A DNA stretch of 64,000 nt from Candidatus Limnocylindrales bacterium (GCA_038245515.1 JBBRSJ010000014.1:12955-76954); one strand, 5' to 3'. Counted from the first letter of the stretch, positions 47,155 through 58,898 are shown. Numbers and translations: made by a program. The notes: generated by a model from the sequence alone, not told the origin.

Positions 47155-47694
47155 CCGGTCTCGATGACGTCGTCGGGCGGCGGACGACCGGACCCTGGAG
47201 GAGCTGGCCGAGGATCGAGCGGCGCTCCCGACCGGTCGGGCCCAGGGCGCGGGCGGCCCCGACCCGGCCTCGATCGGTGGGCCGGGGGGCCGGGGGGCCG
47301 CGCCAGGCACCGCGACAAGCGACGCCTCGCCCGCGGCGTCGACCGGTGGCGCGTCGCAGCAGAAGGCGATGTAGTGGATCCCGCTGCCGTCGCCGACCGA
47401 CGCGCCGCGGCCGACGCCACGACGGCTCGGCCCGACCTGGAACGCAACGTCCTCGCCATCGACGCCGGACAGGACGATCACGAGGGCGATCGGGCGGTTG
47501 GCTTCCCGCTCGAACGAGTCCGGCATGCCGGCGACCGGCGAGCCCAGGCCGCTGATCTCGACGGTGACGGTCCCATCGGTCCGGAAGCCATTGGCGAGTG
47601 TGTCGGCATCGATCCGCATCCGATGGCGGGCCATGCGGCCCACCCCGCGAAGCAAGGTGGCGGAGGGGTCAATCGGGATCGCGGCGCGGTCCAT
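46711..47694 (-). CDS. hypothetical protein; only the 5' part (about 47340-47694) looks coding and the 3' boundary is doubtful
   Basis: The N-terminal 120 aa have normal composition (for example GSGIHYIAFCCD). After the GGCCCCCCGGCCCCCCGG runs the ORF becomes Pro/Arg-rich and runs 444 nt antisense into the alkA-like gene. Confidence 0.3.
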   Translation of the reverse strand: MDRAAIPIDPSATLLRGVGRMARHRMRIDADTLANGFRTDGTVTVEISGLGSPVAGMPDSFEREANRPIALVIVLSGVDGEDVAFQVGPSRRGVGRGASVGDGSGIHYIAFCCDAPPVDAAGEASLVAVPGAAPRPPGPPIEAGSGPPAPWARPVGSAARSSASSSRVRSSAARRRHRDRSDRGDRAWRETRSERGRAEAARFQQPDHPRPVASPRLEQLDHPGVAAPDLTGQGEGHEMRQVEIADADGVRIARGAQHHLGRGPGADPGQSGEARIRRIARQTHDLLEPHGPIRHATNEVRPTSLDSDRVQGVVRDRRDHPGFGQEP

Positions 47695-47847
47695 CGTTGA
47701 GGTTCCTTCGAGTGAGGCGGACCGGGTGACGGACCGCCGGGCTGGCGTCTCGACGGATGCACCATCTGGCGGACGCCTCGGATGGCCTCAAGCTCTTCGG
47801 TTGGCGCGGCGTCGGCCACGGACGGTCGTCGATGCCGACGCTCGTCG

Positions 47848-48222
47848 TCAGGCCACGGAACGTGCCAGCCACAGGCCGCCCACGACGGCGACGAGCCCGA
47901 GAGCGGTCGAGCCGACGATGTTCGCGAGGGCGAGGACCGGCAGGCCGTCCTCGGCCAGGCGCCAGCTGTCGAGCATGAGCGTGGAGAACGTCGTGTACGC
48001 CCCGAGAAAGCCGACCATCAGCGGCGCCCGGAGGTCGGCGGGGAGCACGCCGCGATCGACGATGAGGCCGCCGAGCAGGCCAACGGCGAACGCGCCGGTG
48101 ACGTTGACGACGAGGATCCCGAGCGGAAAGGCACCGCCATACCGATCGAGAACCGCATTGTCCAAGAGGTACCGGGCAACCGCGCCGACGGCGCCGCCCG
48201 CGGCGATGAAGAGAAGCGTCAC
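47848..48222 (-). CDS. crcB: fluoride ion channel CrcB/FluC
   Basis: 124 aa with GAVARYL, NVTGAF and GFLGAYTTFSTL motifs. Confidence 0.9.
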   Translation of the reverse strand: MTLLFIAAGGAVGAVARYLLDNAVLDRYGGAFPLGILVVNVTGAFAVGLLGGLIVDRGVLPADLRAPLMVGFLGAYTTFSTLMLDSWRLAEDGLPVLALANIVGSTALGLVAVVGGLWLARSVA

Positions 48223-48356
48223 GGGCGGCAGGATCGCGGGCCGACGGCGATGGCGTCAACTCGGCTTGATTCCGAGCAGGCGAGACGCACGGACTGTGCC
48301 CCCGCTAGGGTTGACCGACCGGTGCGGCGCCGATCGCACGGCGAGGAGGAACGACG

Positions 48357-48716
48357 ATGGCAGAACGCGCGATGCCCAGCTTCACGAAATCGCCGCCCGC
48401 CCTCGTCGAGCGGTTCGCGGCGATCCTCGACGGCTATCCGGCGGCGGACCGCAAGAAGATGTTCGGCTTTCCGGCGGCATTCGTCGGCGGCAACATGGCG
48501 ACCGGGCTGTTCGCCGATCGCTGGGTCGTCCGACTGCCCGACGGCGAGATCGAGGCCGCGAAGGCAGCGGGCGCCGGACCGTTCGAGCCGATGCCCGGCA
48601 AGCCGATGAAGGCGTTCGTCGTGGTCCCGGCAGCCGACGTCGACGACGACGCCGCGATCCGCGCCTGGGTCGCGCGCGGCCTTGCCCACGCCGCGAGCAT
48701 GCCCGCGAAGCGCTAG
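48357..48716 (+). CDS. TfoX/Sxy N-terminal domain family protein
   Basis: The KKMFGFPAAFVGGNMATGLF core is present, with a GGAGGA Shine-Dalgarno sequence upstream. Confidence 0.75.
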   Translation: MAERAMPSFTKSPPALVERFAAILDGYPAADRKKMFGFPAAFVGGNMATGLFADRWVVRLPDGEIEAAKAAGAGPFEPMPGKPMKAFVVVPAADVDDDAAIRAWVARGLAHAASMPAKR

Positions 48717-48781
48717 CTCAGCGGCGCCGGGCGCCAGGCCGTCGGTCGCTCGATTCGCCGCTGCACCCGGCGGGCCGGTCG

Positions 48782-50005
48782 CTACGGGAGCTTCGCGGCG
48801 ACCTCGGTCGCGACCCGGGCGTCGGACGTGTCGATCACGATCACGTAGTCGGCCTTGCCGTACACGTACTCGATCGTGCTGCCGTCGCCGTAGTCGACCT
48901 TGGTCAGCTTCTTTCCGGCAAGGTCCACTTCAGTCGTCTTGACCCCCGGGGCGCTCGCCGACAGCCACGTCTCGAGGATCGCGGCACGCAGTTTGGCGCC
49001 GTCGGCGTTGGGCAGCCGGAAGGCGATGATCGAGAGATCGATGCCGCCCGTCTCGTCGAACGCCTGCGCGATCTGGAGCTGATCCAGGGTTCCGCCAAGC
49101 GACCGGATCCGGGCGGCCAGCGCACGCGATGCCGGATCCTGGCCGAAGACGTCGGTCGCGCTCGCGCTCTGGATCGTCAGGGCGACTGCGGGAGCCGCCG
49201 ATGCACCGGACGGGGCGGCGACCCCGCCGATCTGCCTCGGTAGCAGCGCCTCGAGCTCCGGCGCGAACGGCGAGCCGGATGGTGACGCACCGGCGCCCGA
49301 ATCTGACGAGCCCGGCGTCGAGCTCCCGGTCGCGCCATCGCTGGCAGCGGCCCCGGGCGCGCCGGCGGCGGCCCGATCGCCCATCGCAGTGGCGAGGGCG
49401 TCGGTGATCTTGGCAAGATCGGCCGGGGTCGACGTGCCGGCATCGGCAACCTGGCCGACGAGGTCGCCGACCCGAAAGAGAGTCGTGACCGATCCGGTCG
49501 TCGGGTTGTCGACGTCGTAGGCCTGGCCATCGGCCGTTCGATCCGTGACCGTCGAGCCGGCCGCCTGTGCCGCCTTCCGGTTGTCGGAGAGCGCCGTGAC
49601 GGCCGAATCGCCGTAGCAGGTGACGCTGGCATACACGGTGGGCGGGCTGGTCGTGCCGTCGGCCGGCGCCGGACCCACCACCGAGATCGTCATCCCGTTG
49701 GCGTTGAGGTCCGTGGAACCGAGGGCCCAGCTGGCCGGCAGGTTCTTCGAGTCGGGGATCGCCGACCATGCCGCCGAGCGGCACGCCGTCAGGTCGGGGT
49801 TGGCCGACGACCGTCCGAGGATCAGGTACAGGGCGGTGCCGGCAGCCAGGACGAGCGCGACGATCGCGAGCCACGGAGCGACGCTGGCCAGGAAGCCGGG
49901 TCGATCGTCGAAGTCGTCGAAGTCGTCGAGCGGCTCTGGGGCGCGCTCGTACGGCGTGCCGGGCCGAGTGATCGTGCGCCGTGGGCTGGTCCGTCTGGTG
50001 GGCAT
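48782..50005 (-). CDS. hypothetical membrane-anchored extracytoplasmic protein with a Ser/Gly/Ala-rich linker
   Basis: N-terminal TM anchor WLAIVALVLAAGTALYLIL, then two globular-looking halves joined by AGAPGAAASDGATGSSTPGSSDSGAGASPSGS. Confidence 0.65.
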   Translation of the reverse strand: MPTRRTSPRRTITRPGTPYERAPEPLDDFDDFDDRPGFLASVAPWLAIVALVLAAGTALYLILGRSSANPDLTACRSAAWSAIPDSKNLPASWALGSTDLNANGMTISVVGPAPADGTTSPPTVYASVTCYGDSAVTALSDNRKAAQAAGSTVTDRTADGQAYDVDNPTTGSVTTLFRVGDLVGQVADAGTSTPADLAKITDALATAMGDRAAAGAPGAAASDGATGSSTPGSSDSGAGASPSGSPFAPELEALLPRQIGGVAAPSGASAAPAVALTIQSASATDVFGQDPASRALAARIRSLGGTLDQLQIAQAFDETGGIDLSIIAFRLPNADGAKLRAAILETWLSASAPGVKTTEVDLAGKKLTKVDYGDGSTIEYVYGKADYVIVIDTSDARVATEVAAKLP

Positions 50006-50074
50006 GTGGCCTCACGGTCCCGGGGGCAGATGAGAGACGTCTGAGTCTGGCTCACCGCGCCGCTGCCGGTGTGT

Positions 50075-50151
50075 TGGTCGGGGCGGCGGGATTCGAACCC
50101 ACGACCTTATCGTCCCGAACGATACGCGCTACCAAGCTGCGCCACGCCCCG
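50075..50151 (-). tRNA. tRNA-Pro (anticodon CGG), 77 nt with encoded CCA
   Basis: The reverse complement reads CGGGGCGTGGCGCAGCTTGGTAGCGCGTATCGTTCGGGACGATAAGGTCGTGGGTTCGAATCCCGCCGCCCCGACCA. It folds as a cloverleaf with anticodon loop TTCGGGA. Confidence 0.95.
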
Positions 50152-50214
50152 ACCGGATGCCCGTTTCCACAGGGCCCGCGCATGATAGCAGAGGCGGGAT
50201 CGATGGCTGTCACC

Positions 50215-50435
50215 CAGGCGACTCTCGCCCGTTTCTCGACGACTGCGGCGTTGGCCGAAGCCGAATTCTGCTCGTCAGGCGACTCTCGCCTGTTGCGCAA
50301 CGATCACGCTCGAATTCCCGCCCCTCAGGCTCTCGCCTGGCCGGGAGCATTCAACGGATGAACCTGAGCGTGCGCCGCGTGTCGCGTCGTGGACAACCTT
50401 GCGCAACAGGCGAGTATTTCCTGAGCGCAGGAAAT
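50215..50435. repeat. cluster of direct and inverted repeats upstream of tRNA-Pro
   Basis: An identical 15-mer, CAGGCGACTCTCGCC, occurs at 50215 and 50276, with a shortened copy at 50326. Each of the last two is preceded by CGAATTC. CTCGCCTGTTGCGCAA (50285-50300) is inverted at 50399-50414. A hairpin ATTTCCTG-agcg-CAGGAAAT lies at 50416-50435. Confidence 0.85.
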
Positions 50436-50490
50436 CGGACGAGCGCAGGCCCTCGCGCCCGGTCGCGCCACGCGGGTCATGTCGGCCCGG

Positions 50491-51762
50491 CTACCCCTCC
50501 GCGGGCCGATGCCGCTCGCGGATCGGGATCACCGCCAGCGCTGCGAGGACGAACGAGACAGCCATCAGCCCGAACACCACGGGCAGGCCGCCGGGGCCGA
50601 GGACCGACTCGTCGATGATCAGCCCGTAGAGCGCCGTCCACAGCGATCCGACCCCGAAGGCAAGGGTGAAGTAGAGCGCGAAGGACGCGTCGCGGATCCC
50701 GACCGGCGCGACGTCGGCGAGGAGCGCCTGGAGCTGCGGCGACTCGGCGAAGCTGAACAGACCCATCAGCACGATCGCGAGCCACAGCCCGGCACTGGAC
50801 GCGCCGACGAGCAGGAAGACCGCGAAGGCGATCGCCCCACCCACATACACGCCGATGATCACCGGCCGGCGGCCGACCCGATCCGACAGCCAGCCCGCGA
50901 TCAGCGGCATCGGAACCGAGAACACGATCAGCGCGCCGTACATGGGATCGGTGGTTCCCTGGGGAAGGTGGAGCACCGAGGTGAGATAGAGCAGGGCGAA
51001 GAGGTTCACGACGCCCAGCCCTCGCCCACCGCCGCCGAGCACCGACGCGAGGTAGATCCAGCGGTGATCGGCGTCGTGCAGGATCGTGTTGAATGCCTGG
51101 CGGACGCTGCCGTGCGCCTCCGCCGCGCGGCGGTCGGCGCCGCTCTCGCGGACGACCAGGAGGATTGCGAGCGCCACGATGACCGCCGGAACGCCGAAGA
51201 GGACCACGACCCAGCGCCATCCGAGCGCAGCGAGAAGCCCAGCCCCCGTCAGCGCGACGATCACGGTCCCGACATTGCCGCCGCTGATGTGGGCGCTGAT
51301 CGCGAAGCCGCGCCGTTCCTCGGGAAACTGCTCGGCGAGCAGGCCGTTGCCGACCGGATGCTGGGGCGACCCGCCGATCCGCGACAAGACATTGACGATG
51401 CCGAAGGGCAGGAAGCTGCCGGTCAGGCCCTGGGCGGCGAACCCGGTCCCGAAGACGATCCCGCCCGCGCCGAGCAGGGCCCGTCGCGACACGATCCGAG
51501 TGAGCTTGGCGTAGCTCAGCTGGACGATCCCGCTGGCGAACGCGCCGATCGCCGCGAGATAGGCGACCTGCGATTCCGTGACGTGGAACTCGAGGATGAT
51601 CTGGACGTAGATCAGCGGCAGCAGGACCGCCTGGGCGTGGTTGACAGCATGGGCGATCGACAGCAGCCAGAGCGTGAGGTTCGGATGGATCCGCGCCCCG
51701 GACTCGGTGACGGCGTGGCCAGCCGTGGCGCGGTCGGGCACCGTGTGGGGGTCGGTGGGCAC
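50491..51762 (-). CDS. MFS transporter
   Basis: 12-TM pattern with the loop GLLAEQFPEERRGFA. The start is GTG 51762 or 51741. The upstream part of ORF ..52338 is Arg-rich and overlaps glnN. Confidence 0.8.
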   Translation of the reverse strand: MPTDPHTVPDRATAGHAVTESGARIHPNLTLWLLSIAHAVNHAQAVLLPLIYVQIILEFHVTESQVAYLAAIGAFASGIVQLSYAKLTRIVSRRALLGAGGIVFGTGFAAQGLTGSFLPFGIVNVLSRIGGSPQHPVGNGLLAEQFPEERRGFAISAHISGGNVGTVIVALTGAGLLAALGWRWVVVLFGVPAVIVALAILLVVRESGADRRAAEAHGSVRQAFNTILHDADHRWIYLASVLGGGGRGLGVVNLFALLYLTSVLHLPQGTTDPMYGALIVFSVPMPLIAGWLSDRVGRRPVIIGVYVGGAIAFAVFLLVGASSAGLWLAIVLMGLFSFAESPQLQALLADVAPVGIRDASFALYFTLAFGVGSLWTALYGLIIDESVLGPGGLPVVFGLMAVSFVLAALAVIPIRERHRPAEG

Positions 51763-52072
51763 GGCGAGAGGATCGCATGCGTGATGCCCCGCCGTCGGAC
51801 CGTTGCCGCTCCCCGAGGGTGGTCCCGTTGGCGACGCGATTGCCGGAGCGCGACGGGTCAAACGCGGCCGTCGGCGGCGGCCCGTTGCTCCATCCCCACA
51901 TCTGCGAGCACGTAGCCCGGACCGCAATGCGCTGAAGCGGCCGGCAAGCCTCGGTTGATCCAGGGTCCGCGGCGGCCAGGTGAGGTGCCGAATAAGCCTC
52001 CTTGGCATATCCGGCTCAAGGGGGGACTGCGGCGGAGCGGAGGCGGCGCCCCGACCGCGGGTCGCACGCAGA

Positions 52073-54220
<2,148 letters not shown>

Positions 54221-54267
54221 GGGACTCCTGCAGCTGCGGCCGTGGACTCGACGGTTGACGGAGGCTC

Positions 54268-55632
54268 CTAGAAGGCCTCGAGGTATCTCTTCAATTCCCA
54301 GCCGGTGACCTGGGTGCGGTACTCATCCCACTCCGCTCGCTTGGCGGAGACGTAGTGCGACAGGACGTGCTCGCCGAGGGCGGCGCCGATCACGGGGTCC
54401 CGTTCCAGCTCGTCGATCGCCTCGCCGAGGGTGCCCGGCAGCTCGCGGATCCCTTTCTCGGCGATCCGGGCGGCATCCATCTCGAACAGGCTCTCCTCGA
54501 CCGGCTCGCCGAGCGTCAGGCCGCGCTCCACCCCGTCGAGGCCGGCGGCGATCATCGCGGCGAAGGCGAGGTAGGTGTTCGAGGACGGATCCGGGCAGCG
54601 GACCTCCACCCGGGTGCCCTCGATCGACTTGCCCGGCGACACCTTCGGGACCCGGATCAGGGCAGAGCGATTGGTCCGGCCCCAGGTCAGGTAGGTCGGC
54701 GCCTCGAAGCCCGGGACGAGCCGCTTGTAGCTGTTCACGAGCGGGGCGAGGATCGCGATCATCCCGCGGGCGTGAGCGAGGATGCCGGCCATGTACGACC
54801 GGGCGACCTCCGAGAGCCCGTACTGATTGTCCGGATCGGCGAAGGCGTTCCGCCGATCGGCGATCGACCACAGGCTCTGGTGGGTGTGCATCCCGGAGCC
54901 GTTGATCCCGTGGATCGGCTTCGGCATGAACGTCGCGTACAGCCCGTGCTGCTGGGCGATCGCCTTGAGCGCGAACTTGAAGGTGATCGCGTTGTCGGCG
55001 GTCTTGAGTGCGTCGGCGTACTCGAAGTCGATCTCGTGCTGGCCGGCGGCCACCTCGTGATGAGCCGCCTCGACCCGGATCCCGAACGCCTCGAGGGCGT
55101 CGACCATGTCCTGACGGACCTCCTGGGCGAGGTCGGTCGAGAAATCGAAGTAGCCGGCCTCGTCATGCGGCAGCGGCTCGATTCCGCCGTCGGCGCCGCG
55201 CCGGAACAGGAAGAACTCGAGCTCGGGGCCGGTGTTGACGATGTAACCCAGCTTGCGGGCCCGCTCGACCTGGCGCCGGAGGACGCCCCGTGGGTCGCCG
55301 ACGAACGGCTCACCATTGGGCGTGAACACGTCGCAGATCACCCGGGCAGTGCCGCGCGGTCCGGCCGCGGTCTGCCATGGGATCTCGGCGAACGTCGTCA
55401 TGTCGGGCATCAGGTACTGGTCGCTCTCGGCGATCCGGGTGAAGCCCTCGATCGAGCTGCCGTCGAACCAGGTGCCGTGGCGCACGGAGCCCTCGAGCTG
55501 GTGGATCGGGATCGTGACGGCCTTGACCAGCCCGAGGATGTCGGTGAACTGGAGCTGCACGAAGCGGATGCCGCGCGCCGTCGCGTCGGCGATCCGCTCG
55601 GCGCCGTCGACCGACTCGAGCGCGCCCACCAC
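54268..55632 (-). CDS. glnA: glutamine synthetase type I
   Basis: FVQLQFTDILG, HHEVAAGQHEIDF, INGSGMHTHQS and NRSALIRVP are present. Confidence 0.9.
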   Translation of the reverse strand: MVGALESVDGAERIADATARGIRFVQLQFTDILGLVKAVTIPIHQLEGSVRHGTWFDGSSIEGFTRIAESDQYLMPDMTTFAEIPWQTAAGPRGTARVICDVFTPNGEPFVGDPRGVLRRQVERARKLGYIVNTGPELEFFLFRRGADGGIEPLPHDEAGYFDFSTDLAQEVRQDMVDALEAFGIRVEAAHHEVAAGQHEIDFEYADALKTADNAITFKFALKAIAQQHGLYATFMPKPIHGINGSGMHTHQSLWSIADRRNAFADPDNQYGLSEVARSYMAGILAHARGMIAILAPLVNSYKRLVPGFEAPTYLTWGRTNRSALIRVPKVSPGKSIEGTRVEVRCPDPSSNTYLAFAAMIAAGLDGVERGLTLGEPVEESLFEMDAARIAEKGIRELPGTLGEAIDELERDPVIGAALGEHVLSHYVSAKRAEWDEYRTQVTGWELKRYLEAF

Positions 55633-55776
55633 CGATCCTGCCTCCTCGCTCCCCTGCCGGATCCGGCGGACCGATCGACGTGTTGTGCCGATCGCACGAG
55701 TCAGCGCCGGGTGACGGGCTGCTGTCAGGATATCGCGGGGTGTCGCCTGGATGAAGGTTGCACGACGATGTTCAAC

Positions 55777-57360
55777 TTATTCATCTTGCACAAGCCGCAG
55801 CGCCAGGGCGAGCGGAAACCGGAGCTCGGGATCGGCGAGGCGCCAGCCAGTGACCTCCTCGATCCGGCGGATGCGGTAGGCGACGGTGTTCCGGTGCACG
55901 CCCAGCGAGTCCGCGGCCTCGGCGAGGCCGGGCTGGTCGAGCACTGCCTGGAGCGTGGCAAGGCGCTCGCGGCGAACGTCGACCCGGCCCACGAGGAGAG
56001 GCGCGAGCAAGGCCCGCGCCTGGCGAGTGCCGTCGGGCAGGTTGTGCAGGTTGCCCAGCAGCCGGTAGGCCGGCAGACGATCGGCCCGGACGACCGCTGG
56101 TGGCGAGGCGAGGGCTTCCGCCGCCTCGAGGGTGGCCCGCGCGTCCGCCTCGGCCGTCGATCGTGCGGCGGCCTCGACGAAGGGCTTCGAGACGGCAACA
56201 AGCCGGCCGAGGAACGCGCCGATCCGGGTGCCGATCCCGACCCCGTCAGGATCGGCCTCGTCGACCGCGGCGACGATCCGGATCTCGACGCTCAGGGCGT
56301 CGCCGCGGAGTGCGAGACGACGGGCCGGCGCAAGCGAGCGGAGGTCACGTCGGAGGGCCTCACGTCGGAGGGCCTCGCGCCGGTCGGCCTCGATCCGACC
56401 GAGGTCCCCGTCGGATCCATCGGCCGAGGTGGCCCCGGCGCTGTCCGTCGATCCACCGGCCTCGGCCCGTTCGACCGGGCCCTGGCGGGCGACCAGGACG
56501 ACCCACGGCGGACCGTCGGCCGGCAGCGGCTCGCGCCGGGCGCTCTCGATCGCCCGGCCGAGCGCCTCGTCGCGGGCCAGGCCCAGGGCGAGCAGGCCGG
56601 CGATCCGGGCCGTCACGACCCGCTCGAGCTCGGTCGGCGGGCGGTCTCCGAGGAGCGCGAGCGCACCGCTGCTCGTCGCGGCCTCGCCCGGGATCGGAAG
56701 CGGGATGCGGGCCGCGGCCGCCCGCCGCCGGTCGTGGTACGCAGCGACCGCGGCCGCGGCGCCGGGCACGTCCGGCGGCACGTGGACCGCGAGGGTCGCC
56801 CCGCGCCGGCCCTCGATCGCGACCGGCCGGCCGAGGAAGGCCGCGATCGCGGCCGCGAGGCCGTCGGGGCCGCCGCCGAGCAGCGCGAGCTGCTCGAGGC
56901 GCGTCTCCAGGATCGTCGCCTGGCGCTCCAGCTCGGCCCGGTGGTTGACGAGGAACCCGATCGCGCTGCGCTCGATGGCCGTCGCCTCGACCGGCCCCGC
57001 GTCGAGGACCGGCAGCCCGGCCGGGGCCGCGGCCGCGGTCAGGATCGCCGTCGCCAGATCCTCGACATCGGTTCCCGCCGGATCGCCGACGAGGACGATC
57101 CCGCCGCTCCGGGCCTCCACGCAGCCGCGGACGAGGGCCACAATCCCGTCTGCATCCGGAGCCACGATTGCGAGCGCCGACCGGGGCACGATCGCGATGT
57201 CGCCGGCCTCGAGGGCGTCGAACGCCGGCGTCCGGGCCCGCATCAGGCGGACCCAGCCGAGGTCCTGGCTGGTGGCCGTCGACGGCGCGATATCAGGACC
57301 GGCGGCGAGCCACCGGGCGCCCGGCAGGACTGCGGCGCGGAGGTCGGCGAGGGTTGCCAT
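55777..57360 (-). CDS. PucR family transcriptional regulator
   Basis: C-terminal PucR helix-turn-helix AADSLGVHRNTVAYRIRRIEEVTG and an N-terminal purine-catabolism-regulator-like domain. ATG 57360 was chosen. Confidence 0.85.
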   Translation of the reverse strand: MATLADLRAAVLPGARWLAAGPDIAPSTATSQDLGWVRLMRARTPAFDALEAGDIAIVPRSALAIVAPDADGIVALVRGCVEARSGGIVLVGDPAGTDVEDLATAILTAAAAPAGLPVLDAGPVEATAIERSAIGFLVNHRAELERQATILETRLEQLALLGGGPDGLAAAIAAFLGRPVAIEGRRGATLAVHVPPDVPGAAAAVAAYHDRRRAAAARIPLPIPGEAATSSGALALLGDRPPTELERVVTARIAGLLALGLARDEALGRAIESARREPLPADGPPWVVLVARQGPVERAEAGGSTDSAGATSADGSDGDLGRIEADRREALRREALRRDLRSLAPARRLALRGDALSVEIRIVAAVDEADPDGVGIGTRIGAFLGRLVAVSKPFVEAAARSTAEADARATLEAAEALASPPAVVRADRLPAYRLLGNLHNLPDGTRQARALLAPLLVGRVDVRRERLATLQAVLDQPGLAEAADSLGVHRNTVAYRIRRIEEVTGWRLADPELRFPLALALRLVQDE

Positions 57361-57383
57361 TGAGGGCGGCCGGTGAAGGCTGC

Positions 57384-58898
57384 TCAGCCCGCGCCGGTCG
57401 ACGGCCGCGCCGCCGGGCGCGAACTCGGGCTCGTCGGCGGGCCCGGGCTCGTCGGCGGGCTCGACGGTGCGCGGCGGCGCGCGACGAGATCGTCGAGCAG
57501 CCGCCCGAACTCCCGCTCGAGGTCGACATACCGATCGGACCGGGCGACGAGGTTGAGCTCGCCGCTCGGCGACAGGCGCGCCCAGATCCGACGCCGAGGC
57601 AGGTAGAACGTGATCGCGAGGCCGACGATCAGGAGCAGGAACGCGGACCAGACGATCCCCTGCCCCGGGTCCTTCTTGGCGATCAGGAGCACGTAGTCGC
57701 TGAACTTCCGGACGCCGATCGAGATGTCGAGGCCGGCGGGCACCTGCGCCTCGCCGGCGCGTAGGGCGACCGCGGCATTGTCGAGGTAGGCGATCGTGGG
57801 CGAGCCGTCGGGCTCGGTGCCGGTGACCCGGTACGGCAGGATCAGGAGGACGCCGATGCCGTTGGTGTCGCGCTTCAGGAGGAGGCTCAGGCCGAGCTCG
57901 CGGCCCGGCACCGCGAGCGTGCTGTAGGGCAGGCCGTCGGCCTGGTCGGGCAGCGGCACCGGTCCGTCCCACAGGGGCTTGCCCGAGGCGTCGCTGATCA
58001 GCAGGTCCGGTGCTGCGCCGAAGCCGTTCTCGTGGAACGAGTACCCGTTCACCTCGAGCGGATCGTTCACCCGGATCGTCTTCCGAGCGACCTCGCGGCC
58101 GTTCTGGAAGACGCCGAGATCGGTCGTGAAGTCGCGGGCCTGGCCGGTCTCGAGGAAGCCGGGTGCCTCGAAGTTGTAGTTCTTGACGAGCAGCAGGCCG
58201 GGTGTCCCGATCGGCTGGACGGTCAGGGTGTCGCCCTCGGCGACGATCAGCCCCTGCTCGTCGCCGAATCGCCAGGTCACGACGCCGGCGACCAGGAACA
58301 GGATCAGCCCGAGATGGCTGAGGAGGGTCGCGAGCTTGACCCAGCGGTGCCGATCGCCATACAGGTAGCGGACGCCGTCGACCTCGGCCTCCCGGACCGT
58401 GAACCGGCGACCGCGGAGCGCCGCGCCAACGGCCGCCGCGTCGAGCCCCGAGAGTTCCGCCCGATCGGGCAGGTCAGGATCGTAGAATGCGTCCGGCTGG
58501 ACGACTCGGAAGTCCTTCGACTGGCGCCACAGCTTCGGCGTCCGATCGAGCGTGCAGACGATGATCGAGATCACGAGCACGATCAGTCCGATCGTGAACC
58601 AGGTCGACGTGAAGACGTGGAACAGCTGGAGCCGCTCCATCGCGTCGACGAGGCCGCGCCCGAGGGTCGGGTCGTAACGGGCGTGGAGGTCGGCCATCGC
58701 GGCGGCATAGTCGCCGGCCGAGCGGAACGCGAACGTCGGCAGCTGCCGGACCGTCATTCCGACGACGGCGAGGAGCGACAGCCCGATGATCTGGACGACC
58801 GCGAAGTCGACCGAGGTGAAGAGGCGCAGGACGACCCGACCCAGCCGCTCGAAGACGTCGGGCGCAGGCGGCCGGGCCGAGTCGGCCCACGTCGTCAC
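57384..58898 (-). CDS. resB: cytochrome c biogenesis protein ResB/Ccs1 family
   Basis: N-terminal LRLFTSVDFAVVQIIGLSLLAVVG, then FTSTWFTIGLIVLVISIIVCTLDR, a large extracytoplasmic domain, and the C-terminal TM segment WSAFLLLIVGLAITFYLPRRRIW. GTG 58898 was chosen. Confidence 0.75.
   Translation of the reverse strand: MTTWADSARPPAPDVFERLGRVVLRLFTSVDFAVVQIIGLSLLAVVGMTVRQLPTFAFRSAGDYAAAMADLHARYDPTLGRGLVDAMERLQLFHVFTSTWFTIGLIVLVISIIVCTLDRTPKLWRQSKDFRVVQPDAFYDPDLPDRAELSGLDAAAVGAALRGRRFTVREAEVDGVRYLYGDRHRWVKLATLLSHLGLILFLVAGVVTWRFGDEQGLIVAEGDTLTVQPIGTPGLLLVKNYNFEAPGFLETGQARDFTTDLGVFQNGREVARKTIRVNDPLEVNGYSFHENGFGAAPDLLISDASGKPLWDGPVPLPDQADGLPYSTLAVPGRELGLSLLLKRDTNGIGVLLILPYRVTGTEPDGSPTIAYLDNAAVALRAGEAQVPAGLDISIGVRKFSDYVLLIAKKDPGQGIVWSAFLLLIVGLAITFYLPRRRIWARLSPSGELNLVARSDRYVDLEREFGRLLDDLVARRRAPSSPPTSPGPPTSPSSRPAARPSTGAG

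Noticed and set aside
48223-48356. Fluoride (crcB-motif) riboswitch upstream of crcB
   Set aside because: I read the minus-strand leader and did not find the conserved GGCGAUGG...CCGCC...CUGAUGA elements. An Infernal scan would be the decisive check.
50006-50490. Integrated mobile element at tRNA-Pro
   Set aside because: No integrase, excisionase or duplicated tRNA 3' segment was seen on either side. The repeats lie on the 5' side of the tRNA.
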